Below, one piece after another: positions 1-13,079 of a stretch of DNA of 64,000 bases. Location of the stretch: contig JBHGNT010000008.1 of the NCBI GenBank assembly GCA_043228905.1, positions 14,632,001-14,696,000 on the forward strand, written 5' to 3'. The position numbers and the translations under genes were made by a program. Below the pieces are notes generated by a model, which was given only the letters and a program-made list of their open reading frames with translations, had not been told where the DNA came from and searched no databases. The stretch is from Azolla caroliniana. Its lineage: Eukaryota > Plantae > Polypodiophyta. Position 1 is the first letter of the stretch; each line of letters opens with the position of its first letter.

Positions 1-9
1 TATCAGAGC
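1..9 (+). promoter_or_regulatory. Primer-binding site for tRNA-iMet, truncated by the window edge
   Basis: TATCAGAGC is the tail of the canonical TGGTATCAGAGC, 15 nt before the gag ATG. Confidence 0.85.
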
Positions 10-24
10 GAAACGACACAAAAA

Positions 25-3000
25 ATGGACGATTCGTTGGGAGGTATGTTCAAGCTCACGGGCTCCAACTATTCAGTGTGGAAGTCGAAGATGAGGGACA
101 TGCTCGTGGTTAAAGATCTTTGGTTTCCGGTTCAGTTCAGGACAAGAGACCGGACACGATCGACGCCGCGATATGGGAGGTGATGCACATGAAGACAACG
201 GCGTACATCCGGTGCTTCATCAACATGAGCCTATACAACAACTTCAATGAAGAGAGCAAGGCTCATGAGCTCTGGGAGAAGATTGGCATTATGTTTCAGA
301 ACAAAAATGTTGTGAACCAGGTTTCGATATTCCGAAAGCTAGTAAGACTACGGTACCAAGATGGCTCCAGCATGGCGGAGCACATGAATGCCTTCCAGGG
401 GCTGATACACCAGGCAGGCAACATCATTGGAAGTACCTCTCGCCGATGAGGTACTAGCACTACTCCTGCTCAGTTCCCTCCCGAATAGCTGGGAGATGTT
501 GGTTGTCACTTTGGGCAACGCCGGGCCGGAAGGAAAACGGTTATCCCTAGCAAGAGTGAAGTCGAGCTTGCTAGATGAGGAGGCGCGTCGGAAAGACAAG
601 GATACGAGCTCAGACTTCAAAGCGCTCCTTACTGAATCGGAACGCGGAAGACAAAGGAACCGTAGCCCCCAGAACCGGGAAAAGTCGGGGACACGGTCAA
701 AGTCAAGGGGGAGGCCTACTTGCTTCTATTGCGGCAAGCCGGGACACTTCCAGAAGAACTGTCGGCACTTCCGAAAAGACAAGGAAACCGATGGTACTGA
801 TTCGAAGCGGACCCCGGACCGGAACGGTAAAGACTGGAGGGGAACGGATCGGAAGGGAACGACGGCAATCGCGGCAAGTGAAGAAGAGTTGATGCTCATC
901 ACCGAGGAGAGTCAGCTAAACCTTGCCGGCGACGAGATGACCTGGGTGGTCGACTCTGGAGTGTCGTTCCACCTTACCCTGGACCGGAAATGCTTCTCAT
1001 CCTACTCAGCCGGTGATCATGGCTGTGTCCGGATGAGGAATGAAGGTACATGCCGAATTGTCGGCATAGGAGACGTGTTGTTGACAACACCAACCGGATG
1101 CAAGCTGCTGCTGAAGGATGTCTGACACGTTCCGGAGGTTCGTTTGAACCTAATATCAGCCGGTCGGCTAGATGATGAAGGCTACACGGGTAGCATCCGG
1201 AACAGGGTTATGAAGTTCAGCAAAGGGAGCCTGATTGTGGCTCGGGCCCGGAAGGTCAACACGATGTACCTGATGAATGCCCGATTATGCCCGGAGGAAG
1301 TGAACGCGGCATCCGACACTGCCGGTGAGTTGTGGCACAAGAGGTTGTGTCACATGAGCGAGAAGGAGATAAAGAGGCTTGCAGACGACAACCTCATTCA
1401 AGTGAAGAACGTGCACTTGGAGAAGTGCACTGATTGTCTGGCCGGTAAACAAAACCGGACCTCCTTCCGATCGAGGCCACCGATGAGACGTAATGCACCA
1501 CTGGAGTTGGTGCATACTGATGTGTGTCAAGTGGACACGAAGACACATGCAGGATCGCAGTACTTCGTGACGTTCATAGATGACCACAACCGGAAGTTGT
1601 GGGCCACACCGTTGAAGACGAAGGATCAGGTGTTATCCATCTTCAAAGTGCTCCACGTGAGAGTGCAAAGAGAAACCGGCCGGAAGCTGAAGGCGGTTCA
1701 AGCAGATAACGGGGGAGAATACCAGGGGCAGTTCGAGGAGTACTGCCGCTCGAATGGAATCCGGCTCGAATTTACCGTGCCGAAGACGCCGAAACTAAAC
1801 GAGTTGGCCGAGAGGATGAACCAGACCATAATGGAGAGGGACCGGAGTATGCTGGCACATGCAAAATTACCCAAGACGTTTTGGGCTGAGGCACTGTCAA
1901 CAACGACATATGTGATAAACAGATCACCCTCAGTGCCCTTGGATGGAGACACGCCGCAGAGAGTATGGACCGGTAAGGAAGTGTCCTACCGGCATCTGAA
2001 GGTGTTCGGGTGTCTCGCGTACGTGCATGTAGCTAAGGACGGGAGAGGAAAGTTAGATCCAAAGACCCGGCCATGCATATTCCTCGGTTACGACGACGAT
2101 AAGTTCGACTACCGAGTGTGGGACCCGGTCGACAAGAAGGTATTCCGGAGTCGAGATATTATCTTCATGGAGGACAAGACGCTCGCCAACTGGGAGTCGG
2201 AGAAGAAGATAATGAGCTCCAAGTCGACCGGTAAGGATCGATTCTACGATGAGCAGACCCAATCGGCAAGAGACCGGTTAGCACTCGAGGAACCAGCCGG
2301 TGACGGTGAGGATACCGAACCGGCAGAAGAAGAAGTAGAGGAAGCTGAAACCGGAACTGGCCAAGACCCCGAATCGGATTCGGATGAAGAGAAAATGGAG
2401 GAGCCGGTTACCGAAGCCCAAAGACGGAGATATCCTCTCAGAGAGAGAAGGGCCCCTCAGAGATTTCTAGATGCAGAGCATGTGCTGCTAACCGATGAGG
2501 GGGAGCCAGAAAGCTTCGAAGAAGCGAAGGATGACACCCACAACTGCAAATGGTTAAGTGTCATGCAAGATGAGATGGATTCCCTGCACGAGAACCATAC
2601 GTACGAATTGGTGGAGTTGCTGAAAGGAAAGCGGGCACTCCAAAACAAGTGGGTGTACAAGTTGAAACCGGGAGATGCCGGCAAACCCCCGAGATACAAA
2701 GCTAGGATCGTTGTGAAGGGGTTCCAGCAGAAGAAGGGTGTGGACTTCGACGAGATATTTGCCCCGGTAGTAAAGATGACCTCCATCCGGACGGTGCTGA
2801 GTATAGCGGCAAGCATGGACCTCGAGGTAGAGCAGCTGGACATGAAGACGGCATTCCTTCACGGTGACCTCGAAGAGGAGATTTACATGCAGCAACCGGA
2901 AGGATTCGTGGAGAAAGGGAAGGAGCACCTGGTTTGCCGGTTGAAGAAGAGCCTGTACGGACTGAAGCAGGCTCCCCAACAATGGTACCGGAAGTTTGAC

Positions 3001-4066
3001 TCCTTCATGACCGATCAGGGGTACCACAAGACGCAGGCCGATCACTGCGTGTTTGTGAAGAAGTTCGAAGGAGGTAACTTCCTGATACTCCTTCTGTATG
3101 TGGACGACATGTTGATCGTCGGACGAGACCAAGTCAAAATACGGATGTTGAAGAAGGCTCTCAACCGAACCTTCGCAATGAAAGACTTGGGTCCGGCAAG
3201 ATAGATGTTGGGGATGCATATCATCCGGAACCGGCCAACGAAGCAGTTGTGGCTGTCACAGGAGAAATACGTGACAAAGGTGCTTCAGTGGTTCAACGTG
3301 TTAAAAGCGAAACCGGTCAGATCGACACTCCCGGCAAACTGCAGATTATCCGATAAGCAAAGCCCGAAGACGAAAACAGAGAAGGCTGATATGATGAAGG
3401 TTCCATACGCCTCTGCCGGCGGGAGCTTAATGTACGCAATGGTGTGTACCCGACCGGATATAGGATACGCAGTCAGAGTGGTGAGCCGGTTTATGAGCAA
3501 TCCCGGCAAGGAGCACTAGAACGCGGTCAAGTGGATACTCCAGTACTTGAAGGGCACTTCGAACATGTGTCTCCGATTCGGCTCCGGTAAACCTCAACTC
3601 AACGGTTTTACCAGCCGGCTGATGTGGATACCAGCCAGTCTACATCCGGGTATGTAATGACATATGCAGGGGGAGCTGTTTCGTGGCAATCGAGGCTGCA
3701 GAAGACGGTTGCGTTGTCAACCACAGAGGCGCGAAGTACATGGCAGCTGTGGAAGCCGACAAGGAAATAATATGGATGAAGGACTTCATCGGAGAGCTCG
3801 GTATCCGGCAAGATGAATATCGGCTCTATTGCGACAATCAAACTGCCATCCACCTTGCTAAGAATGCGGCCTACCATTCCCGGACGAAGAATATCCAGTG
3901 AAGGTATCACTGGATCCGGGAAAGAGTAGAAGATCGAGAGTTCGCGCTGACGAAGATCCACACGGCCGAGAACGGGTCAGATATGCTGACCAAAGTATTG
4001 ATACCCGACAAGCTGGATGCATGTCGGAAGCGGATCGAACTAGTAAGACATCCCATGCCGGAGTGA
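25..4066 (+). pseudogene. Copia gag-pol polyprotein with frameshifts and stops
   Basis: Zn knuckle CFYCGKPGHFQKNC, protease WVVDSG, GAG-pre-integrase LWHKRLCH, integrase LVHTD/ADNGGEY, RT LLLYVDDM and RNase H across several broken ORFs; stops at about 1123, 3202 and 3517. Confidence 0.95.
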
Positions 4067-4076
4067 AGGGGGAGTT

Positions 4077-4867
4077 TGTTAAGAAACAAGTCCCTCCGGA
4101 TGGGAAGTGAGAAGAATAGTGTCGATGACAAGTACCCGACTACGGAAGACCCGGTGAGAACCGGATGTGGTGTATCCGGCAAGCGCCGGATGACAAGTAC
4201 CCGACTACGGAAGACCCGGTGAGAACCAGATGTGGTGTACCCGGCAAATGCCGGATGACAAGTACCCGGCTACGAAAGACCCGGTGAGAACCGGATGTGG
4301 TGTACTCGGCAAGCGCCGAATGACGAGTACCCGACTACGGAGGACCCGGTGAGAACCGGATGAGGAGTACCCAGCAAGAGCCGGATGGTGAAGGCCCGGT
4401 GAGAAGTGCTCACCGGATGAAGGGACATATTCGTAAATATGTTTCTAAGAGTCCATCGAGGCTATATTTGTAAATAGCCGAAATGTCATATTAGTATAAA
4501 TATGACTTAGGGCAAACTTTGTATAAAATGTTGTCATTCTTGTTGGTGCAAGACTAGAGAGCGCAACAGTGTACAGAGAGAGTGAGAGAGAGGAAGAGGT
4601 TGTTGCCTCTGTTGTAACCGCCGCCTGTGGTGAAGATAGCAAGCTTGAGGTCGTTGCCTCGGTGCTTCACTATTGTACATTGTGATATAGTGATAGTTTG
4701 CAGTCTGTGGGCTGCCGTGGTTTTTTCCCTAGTTTGGGTTTTCCACGTTAACATCCTGTGTTCTCTTCTCTCCTTTGTGTCGTGCATTCATTCACCATTT
4801 TTCTGTGTATGATTCTAAACTCGGTTGTGGCCGAGCATTGCGCATACGGAGCGTGTAGTTCCTGTCA
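4077..4867 (+). repeat. 3' LTR of copia A
   Basis: Starts TGTT after the PPT and ends TGTCA; homologous to LTRs at 51816-52410(-), 55365-60470(+) and 60471-61279(-). Confidence 0.92.
4124..4400 (+). repeat. 65-bp tandem repeat (about 4 copies) in the LTR U3 region
   Basis: Unit GATGACAAGTACCCGACTACGGAAGACCCGGTGAGAACCGG... starts at 4124, 4189, 4254 and 4319. Confidence 0.9.
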
Positions 4868-6188
4868 AATTGTAAGGATCAAAGGTCAAGACTTAAAGAG
4901 GTTGAGTGGATACTAGAAAGACATGTGACCGATAGCAACTTAGTGCATATTGTGGATGAAGCCAGATATTAGTTTTGAATATTGAGCATGAACACTCCCA
5001 ATGTAGGGTACAATGTCTCACTCCAATGTTCATATTGTGATTGCCAAGACTTTGCAAGTAAATGTAAGAATTTTCTTTCCACTCGAATGATCATTGAGAG
5101 CCATATGCCCGCCATATGCCATTACCATTTATAGATCATGCAGTCCAAATGCGAATGGATGATGCCACAATGGATAGAGAACTAGAGTCGACACAAGAAG
5201 TAGAAGTCAAGATGAAATGTAGAAGTTGACGAAAGGGAAGCAATAAAGTTAGAAGTACATCAAACTATGGAAGCACTTTAACTTCTTGACAACGATGGGG
5301 AGCAATGAATAGTATGGCTCTTTGACTGTTGTCGGCAACTCATGGTAGATTTTCAAAAGGAATTGCTCTTATCTATGGGTGCATCGGCAACAACCAATAT
5401 GGCATCGGGAGGTTCAGTAAGTCGGAAGCAATAATTTGGTGCCAAAAGAGGAGCCACGCCCAACATTTCACAAGAACTTATTGGCAGCTCCCCAAACATG
5501 ACCAAGGCACACACCATAGATTAAAGAGAGCTGCTTGTCGTGCTAAGAGAGTTGCCAATATGTGACACTAAGCAAATTGCTACAAAAATTGTTGGTGTAT
5601 CTTGCCATCCTTTGAACAAGAGCCTTGATCTCATAGTTTTTTATTACATTACATCATGTGATTTTTATATGTAAAATCGTACAATTTTGTATTTTTGAAA
5701 AAGTTTTCGATATTTTTTTGAGTAATCTTAACATCTTTTTTAAACAATGGTCTCTTCAGAAATTTCTATAAGGTACCCAAGTTAGGCGCACACACTCGGG
5801 TTAGGTTCTTGTACCCAAGTTAGGTTTAGATGTTACAAAATAGCTTGTCAGGGCCGAGTTAGATGTGATAGAGGCTCGTCAGAGCCGGGTTGGGTTTTAG
5901 GCACCCACCTTTTATGGATAGAGATTGAACACTGTAGATTGCATACACCATTCAAAACGTGTCCTGCACCATCCATGTCCGTGATTACCTCACTAGCCCT
6001 AATTATGATTTGGTTGCAAATAGAAACGAGCATACACACCCACACACACACACACACACATACATATACACATACCAATACTGGGCCTCGCCCAAAATAT
6101 GCACTGAGTTGCTATCGATCACATATCTTTGTAGTATCCTCTCAACCTCTTTACATCTTGACCTTTGATCCTTACAATTTGCACGGGG
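4868..6188. repeat. About 105-bp inverted repeat pair (4868-4970 and 6076-6180); possible TIRs of a non-autonomous DNA transposon
   Basis: AATTGTAAGGATCAAAGGTCAAGA... at 4868 is the reverse complement of ...TCTTGACCTTTGATCCTTACAATT ending near 6180; the right arm continues GCACGGGG to 6188. Confidence 0.65.
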
Positions 6189-6929
6189 TTGGAAACTACC
6201 ACTCTAACACTCCTCTTGTCGTTGCATGTACCATTCTACCACGGTCCGGCCGATGCAAGTGCCAAAGACATTGTCCCCGACTAAGACATGCACAAGATTG
6301 GTAATAGATCTCTTTAGTCTTCCTCTCAAGGTAGTGTACTTGAGAAATTGTGAATGTCTCTCCACAAAATTGGTAGTGTCAACATGTCCATAATTGAATA
6401 GTCTACCAAACTTGGCCCATAGACTTCTTCAAACACAAATTTGCCCAATTATGGCATAATATTGAAAGAAACAACACATCTGATTGATTGTTTATGGCGT
6501 AATATCCACGAAAAAAAACTACAATACCTACAAGACATTCACAAGCCCAAAATATCGACTTTGATACTAAGAGTCAAAACAAGTTTGTTTACACACCCCA
6601 TATGACTTTGACAAATGGACCATTATTACTTCTCAGAGATACAAGTTTGGCTATTATAAGTGACCAATTACAATACCAAGGGGGGTAAAATAACAACATG
6701 TACAAGCCATATAGAGGATGGCAAAAAACATGATGAGGTTACAAGTTCAGAGACCCAAAACACGTTGTGCCTACTTAGCGATCGTAACACGTAGGAGATA
6801 GACGTCATCATCACTGTATCAATGCTCAGACCCTTGCCGAATAGGATGTATAAGAACCAACAATCAAGGATGACTATACAAAACTGAAATTATAAGATAC
6901 TTACAAAGTTTGGTGATTTGAGGTCATAT

Positions 6930-8200
6930 TAAGCGAACTCTTCGACAAACATATGAATTGTACATAATATCCGGAATCTGTCCCATTGGGCTGACTTGGG
7001 ATATGGATTTCAGTATATTGGTTCTTGGGTATGATGAGATGGTGTGCAACGGTATTTGTGACTTTGGTTATAGCCATTTCTACCAAACTCTTCAATTCCC
7101 TATTGATAGGGTGTATAAGAAAGATGATAGTCATACACAATATGAGGGCTTGATCAAACCGAAGTTGTGAATTATAATAGTTTTTATAGATCAAGGTAAC
7201 TACGAATTAGAGAGGGAGACTTAAGAAATTAAGACAAAAGGTAGAGAAGATGAGAAAGGTAAGAATGTTATAATATTCCACTATCAAGTCAATACAAAGT
7301 GGATAAACTCCAAATTGAACTAAAAAACCAAAGAACTTTGTACTTCCAATCACTCAAACCTACAAATGTCTTTCACTATTCTACCTTAATCTCTTTCTTC
7401 CTTCGACTATGCTTCCTTCTTCCCACTACTAAGACCTCTCCTCCTCTACTAAGACTCTCGCCTCCCCTTTCTTATAATCTTCTCATCCCCTTTTATAATC
7501 TTCTTATTCTCTCTCTTTCCTCATTCTTTCACGCTTTTTTAGAAGCTTTTTATCTCCTATTTTTAGCTATGACACAACGACCTTCTAATCGTCATATCTC
7601 CCTCCTCCGAGCTCCAAATTTAGAGATTTAAAAAGCTATAAATAGCTCTCTTTACTAGTTTTTCGAAAAGAGTTATGACCATTCCTTTTCGACTGTTTTT
7701 TGGTAGCCAGTTTTTTCTCTTTTTACTTTTCTTTGTCTCTTACTTTTACTTTTGACTTCTTCTTAAGGTCTTGGTTTGTGTTCTTAGCCTCCAAATGTGA
7801 ATGCTCCATACCTTATATTTTTCTAATGTTCAATGGCTTCAATTCTAAAAACACTTTCACACCTAGTAGCAGGATTATTCATAGGGTCAATAAATACAAC
7901 TAGACTTGTTACCTTATCTATATGTAAACCGCCACATCTTTACCCAAAGGACCTAATGCCCTTCATGCAATATGGGTATGAATACAAAATCGTGTTTGGG
8001 AACTTGTTGAAGGATGTTGTTGGCTTTATTGGTTTACTTGTATAATTGAAACCAAAGTGGATTGAATATTGGTCGGATATGTGTTGTGGTTGGGTGTGTT
8101 CCATCCACATATGTAAGACATTCATGGACCATGCTGATGCCATCTCTCCATGGGTGCACATTGATCGCAATTCGCCTTCCCTTATGTAAACTAACAAATT
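6930..8200 (-). pseudogene. Degenerate Ulp1/C48 SUMO-protease-like gene, interrupted by a solo LTR
   Basis: Minus-strand motifs FVFIPILHEGH*VL (~7945-7995), VVFIDPMNNP (~7871-7900) and IPSQPNGTDSGYYV (~6961-7002) match the His/Asp/Cys motifs of peptidase C48, with Cys replaced by Ser. Confidence 0.6.
7200..7861 (-). mobile_element. Solo-LTR-like repeat, same family as 22458-23067
   Basis: Reverse complement begins TGTGAAAGTGTTTTTAGAATT and aligns with the insert at 22458; left boundary approximate. Confidence 0.65.
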
Positions 8201-10129
8201 CAACCTTCTACAAAAAAGTTGCAATCGGTTTTGCGTTATAATATTACAACATGAGAATACCGTTTGAATGTTGATCGCTAGGACATTAAACCAAAATGTA
8301 CAACCAGAATACCTGGTGAATGTCTTTCCATTTATCATGGATAAGGATTTGATGACTTCCCCATACGTGATTTGAACGTAGCCAACATCTTCACAATCCT
8401 CCTCTAAACTCAGATGGAATCCTCACTAAGGTCGGGTCTAACTTTGGCCATCTCACTGGGGTTTTGGCTCTACTCGGAGGGTATGCTTCCAAGTCAAAAT
8501 GCGCCTTATGCCCACTAGCAGTTGAGATGTTCCCATCTTCTTTGTCCATTTGCACCTTCTGAGCCCTACATTTCAAGGTATCAAATTGACAATGTATTAT
8601 TACTTCAATGAGTATTATTAAAAATACATCAACCCAAAATACAATACTCACATAAGAATCGTAACCGTTTGCAATCTTAGCCTTAATCTTGTCCATTTGC
8701 TTCTCTTTTGTCAAATCATATTTCTCAAGTGCAAGTTCTGCCTCTTTGTAGGATCCGAGATCATTAGGGATTGCATTGTATTCCTCAAGCGCTCTTTTCT
8801 TTATTGTTCTTAAGTGGGACAGATGAGCTCTATTATATCAGCATTGAAAAATCACTTGAACATTGCATTTTAGATCAGCATTGAAAAATCGCTTGATTGA
8901 AAAAGCACTTGAACATTGAGAGGGTGTCAACTCCACTGATTTCACAGTGGCGACAATGTATCTAGATGTGAATGAATGTGAATAGTACCTCTCCTCACTG
9001 GTTTTTCTTTCACCCCAAAATTCATCCACGTCAAGGAGTTGTAAGGATCGAGCAACTATCAATCAAACAATGTTATACTTTTTTTTTGTCCTTTCGCATC
9101 AAAAGAGGACCTTCATAAGAAAGATGGATTAAACATGGAAGATCAACAACTTATGAAGATTTGAAGATAGAGAAGAGGAAGAAGGAGACAGGGAAGAAGA
9201 AGAACACAACATATCCTTTGATCTTTCATGCATCCAGAATGTATGAGATTATGTTTCTTTTTTTCTTTTTTTCTTTCTCTGTTTCACCTAATTTATATTT
9301 TTTCTTAATCAAGAATGTATGAGATTATGTATCTTTGAGAGCATGCAGAGGTCCAAAGTTATTTGATTTGAAAACCCAAATCTTTTTTTTTTGTCTCATA
9401 CTTAATTTCTTCATCCTCAAGTATTTGACCTTCTATTTTGCAATGTTTGTTCCATATCCATCTTCTATTGTAGAATATTCTTATGTTTCCTTTATCAATA
9501 ATTTCTCATTAGAAAACTTTTCACATTGATAATTTGGTGCAAAAAGCCACTATACTTGGAAACGATACTCATATGTTTCCTTTATCAATGAGATCTCATT
9601 AGAAAACTTTTCACATCAAAGCTGAAAAGGAGCATTTCAATTAACTAAGACCATCTTGATGATACCGATGGAAGAACCTTCAAACATACAAGGCTCATTT
9701 TGAAAGCAACTAAAGCCTCGCGACATGAAATGTTTTATATTTAAAACAATTGATGCAAGAAGTCACAAACTACAAAGGTCATAATGAAGCAAAAGATATA
9801 GAATCATCCAACTTAGAAATCTCATATTAGAGAATAGGTTATGAGAAGTCATACACAAGTTATTGATAAAGATGAAGTTGTAAATCACAGGTTGAGACTC
9901 AACATATCTTTCTTAAATCCCAAAGCAAAGATAAATATAGATGACGTGGTGGAAGAAAGTACTTACCAGGTGTAGGTAGAGGTTTTTGGTTTAGATGCAG
10001 GTGCAGATGCAAGTGCAAAATGTAACAGGTTGCAAATTTTCAAAAATAGGGGAAAAATGATTTATGTAGGGTTTTAATAATGCTGAAGTTATGCCCGAGT
10101 TTGATCAGAAGTTCATAGTTAGGTGCTCA

Positions 10130-10360
10130 ACCCGGGTTAGGCTCGAGGACCGGGTTAGGTTTACAGGATTACAAGGCCCAAGCTATGTACGTAGTAGAGT
10201 CCGGGTTAGGCTTAAATAATTACATTGCTCCGGTTAGGTAATGAGTGTCCGGGTTAGGTACGTAGAGTCCGGGTTAGGCTTAGATAATTACATTGCCCGG
10301 GTTAGGTGATGAGAGACCGGGTTAGGTAATCAAATCACATCATCACTGCCCAAGTTAGGT
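10130..10360 (+). repeat. Array of about 9 CCGGGTTAGG motifs; related block at 5775-6030
   Basis: Motif at about 10132, 10150, 10201, 10230, 10249, 10269, 10297, 10317 and 10351; the flank 10385-10560 resembles 5855-6030. Confidence 0.75.
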
Positions 10361-11100
10361 AATAAAATGGCATCATCACTGCCCAGCCTAGATGTGACAG
10401 AGGCTTGTCAAACCCAAGTTACGTTTTAGAGTTACGTTTTAAGCGCACGCTTTTTTTAAAGATAGAGATTGAATGGTGCAAATTACATGCACCATTGAAA
10501 ACGTGTCTTGGACTTTCCTTGTCCCTGATTTTCTCACCAAGCCTAATTATTATTTGGAATAGAAACATGAGAATATGTGTACATATATTCGAATGTAATG
10601 TGAGTATGACGGGTATACATAATGGTTGGGTACATTTGGGAACAATTTTACCATGGACATTTTTTTACTAATCCATTGGGTAGCAAAACCCCTCTGCGTT
10701 TTTGTTTTGTGCTCCCCTTTTCCGTTTTGATGCTCTTTAAGAGCTACAGTTTTGAGGGTTTTGGGTTTGATGCCATGTCTTCTTATGCAGCAGATTGCTT
10801 CTTATGTGTGATTGGGTGATCTTCTGTGCAGCGAGCATCTTTTAGTGTGTATAATGTTTTAGGGTTTTAGTGATCTTCGTCTTTTCTTAATGGCGTTACG
10901 TGCTATGTTGCGGAGGAATTCGGATAGGTAGAAATAACGTACAAAAGGGAAGGATGAAAACATTGTCTATTCATTTGGGTCTACTTGACATAGAAATTAA
11001 TGGTTTTCGTAATCTGGTTTTCTTCTCAATCTTCCACCACATACACGTCTCTGGTTTCACGGTAATATCCTCACCACATGTTTTACTCATATAATGAGGC

Positions 11101-11107
11101 TATATAA
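11101..11107 (+). promoter_or_regulatory. Putative TATA box of the O-methyltransferase gene
   Basis: TATATAA about 60 nt upstream of the ATG at 11162. Confidence 0.5.
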
Positions 11108-11161
11108 GAACACATAGAAGAGAGGCTATATCAGAACACATAGAAGAGAGAGACAAAGAGG

Positions 11162-12674
11162 ATGGCTGAAATTATTAATGAGCCAATGCATAGGGTAATG
11201 AGTGAAGGAGGAGTGGAAAATGAAGCATGGTTGAGGGCAGTAGAATTGAGCTTATTGTGTTGTTTGCCCATGGCCATAAACACACTCATTAAATTGAAAG
11301 TCTTCAATGTCATGGCCAATACAGATATAGAAAAGGGTATAGAGCGAGGGTTATATTCGACAGAAGAAATAGTATCACGAATGAGTAGTAGTGTCTTAAC
11401 AGATGCCAAGACGAGAGTCTCCGTAGCATTAGATAGACTTTTGAGAGTGGTGGCTAGTCATGGTGTTGTTCATGTGGACATTGGTCATGATCCCTTCACT
11501 AAGCACCCAACGAGAAGGTATGGGCTCAACTTAGTTAGCCAATATTTTGTCCACAATGAATCTTCTTTGGCACCAATGCTTTGTTTAAGTGTAGACCCTA
11601 TTATTATTAAATCTTGGCATATCTTACATGAGGCTGTTCTTGATGGTGCCCAACCCTTCGCCAAGGCCCACGATGGTCTAGATCTTTTTGAATATGGCCA
11701 ACATGATCCACACTTTGGTTCCATCTTCAACACTGCTATGACCAATTGTAGCATTGTCCCCATCCGTGACCTCCTCGACTCTTATCCCACGTGTTTCGAT
11801 GATATAAATATACTCGTTGATGTTGGTGGTGGCCATGGATCATCACTTCGTTTGATCATCTCTCGCTTTCCCAACATTCGTGGTATCAACTTTGACCAAC
11901 CTCATGTCATTTCTCTAGCCCCAAATTATTCAGGTACCCAATTAATGGCAAGCACACCTATTGTCTGATATACATAATGAACTCAAAATGTTGGTGACGA
12001 ATCCAAAATAAGTAATTTTCATATATTTCATTTTACTATTTTTTGATACAGGAATCGAGCATGTGGCAGGTGACATGTTTATTGAAATACCTCAAGCTGA
12101 TGCAATTTTCATGAAGGTTCCAATCCCTCCCTTATTAATTAATATTCATAATCTCATGCATTCTTAAGAACATTATAACCCAAATAATGACAATCTGTAT
12201 TTGAATAAAATATACAATTACAACTCAACTATATATCCTCACCTCAAGAGTTATATATGCATTGACAATCAAAACTTTCACAAATTTATTGGTACCAATA
12301 AACTCATATCATTTTATTATTCTTTTATGTCGACATGACTTTGCACAAAACTAACAAGCTTTAACATTACATAGATGATTTTGCACGATTGGAGTGACGA
12401 ACATTGCATGAAGATATTAGAGAATTGTTACAAAGCATTATCGAATAATGGAAAAGTAATTATAATTGATGCAATCTTGTCGATGGGTTTCGAAATGGAC
12501 TTGAGATCTCGCGTTGGTTACCAATACGATCTTCATATGTTTGCCCAAACCATTGGAGGTAGAGAACGAACTCGAGAAGAGCTTGAGAATCTTGCTAAAA
12601 GTGTTGGTTTTGCTCGTCTTGAAGTAAAATCCAAGCTAAATGAATATAGTGTCATGGAGCTATATAAGTTGTAG
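11162..12674 (+). CDS. SAM-dependent class II (COMT-like) O-methyltransferase; exons 11162-11933, 12052-12116, 12375-12674; 378 aa
   Basis: N-terminal dimerisation domain; motifs LVDVGGGHG, GINFDQPHV, HVAGDMF, DAIFMK, ILHDWSDEHC, GGRERT; GT-AG introns 11934-12051 and 12117-12374 join in frame without stops. Confidence 0.93.
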
Positions 12675-13079
12675 GTTGGAACTTTGAATAATAAACAATA
12701 TAAACTACCTAAATACATAACTCGAATTCGGAAAACGGAAAGCCTTGTTAGCTTCTCCCAAGCAAATAACTCGACATCGTACAAATACTTAATTCTAGCC
12801 TTTATTATGCATTCCATTGTAAGAAGATTATTCTCTATGATTAATTAAATTTTACATTTGGTAAAGTCATATAGTTGCTTCAAGTTTTACCTTATATAAT
12901 TTCAATTGTAAAAACAAATTTCATTAAGTGGGTAGATTTGGGAAGTCTATCATAAAAATGAGGTGCATCACTAGGTATCTATTGAAAACAACCTTGGGAA
13001 CAATGTTAAAGGAGAGAGGATTAAGAAGCTTGACACAAGAGTGTTGACATTCAAGACTATAATTATAATGATTGTTTTC

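Larger units (their letters stand above)
1..4867 (+). mobile_element. Ty1/copia LTR retrotransposon A (Tnt1/Tork-like); 5' LTR lies upstream of the window
   Basis: PBS remnant TATCAGAGC at 1-9; gag-PR-INT-RT-RH order; PPT GAAGGGGGAG at 4065-4074; 3' LTR TG..CA at 4077-4867. Confidence 0.97.

Noticed and set aside
2457-3219. Antisense ORFs over copia pol (also 62140-62808)
   Set aside because: Shadow frames of the RT coding strand with no independent motifs.
4124-4400. Regularly spaced repeats resembling a CRISPR array (also 60957-61195 and 56340-56650)
   Set aside because: No unique spacers and no cas genes; these are tandem repeats inside LTRs of a eukaryotic genome.
10130-10360. Interstitial telomere
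   Set aside because: GGGTTAG motifs are separated by spacers rather than forming contiguous TTTAGGG or TTAGGG arrays.
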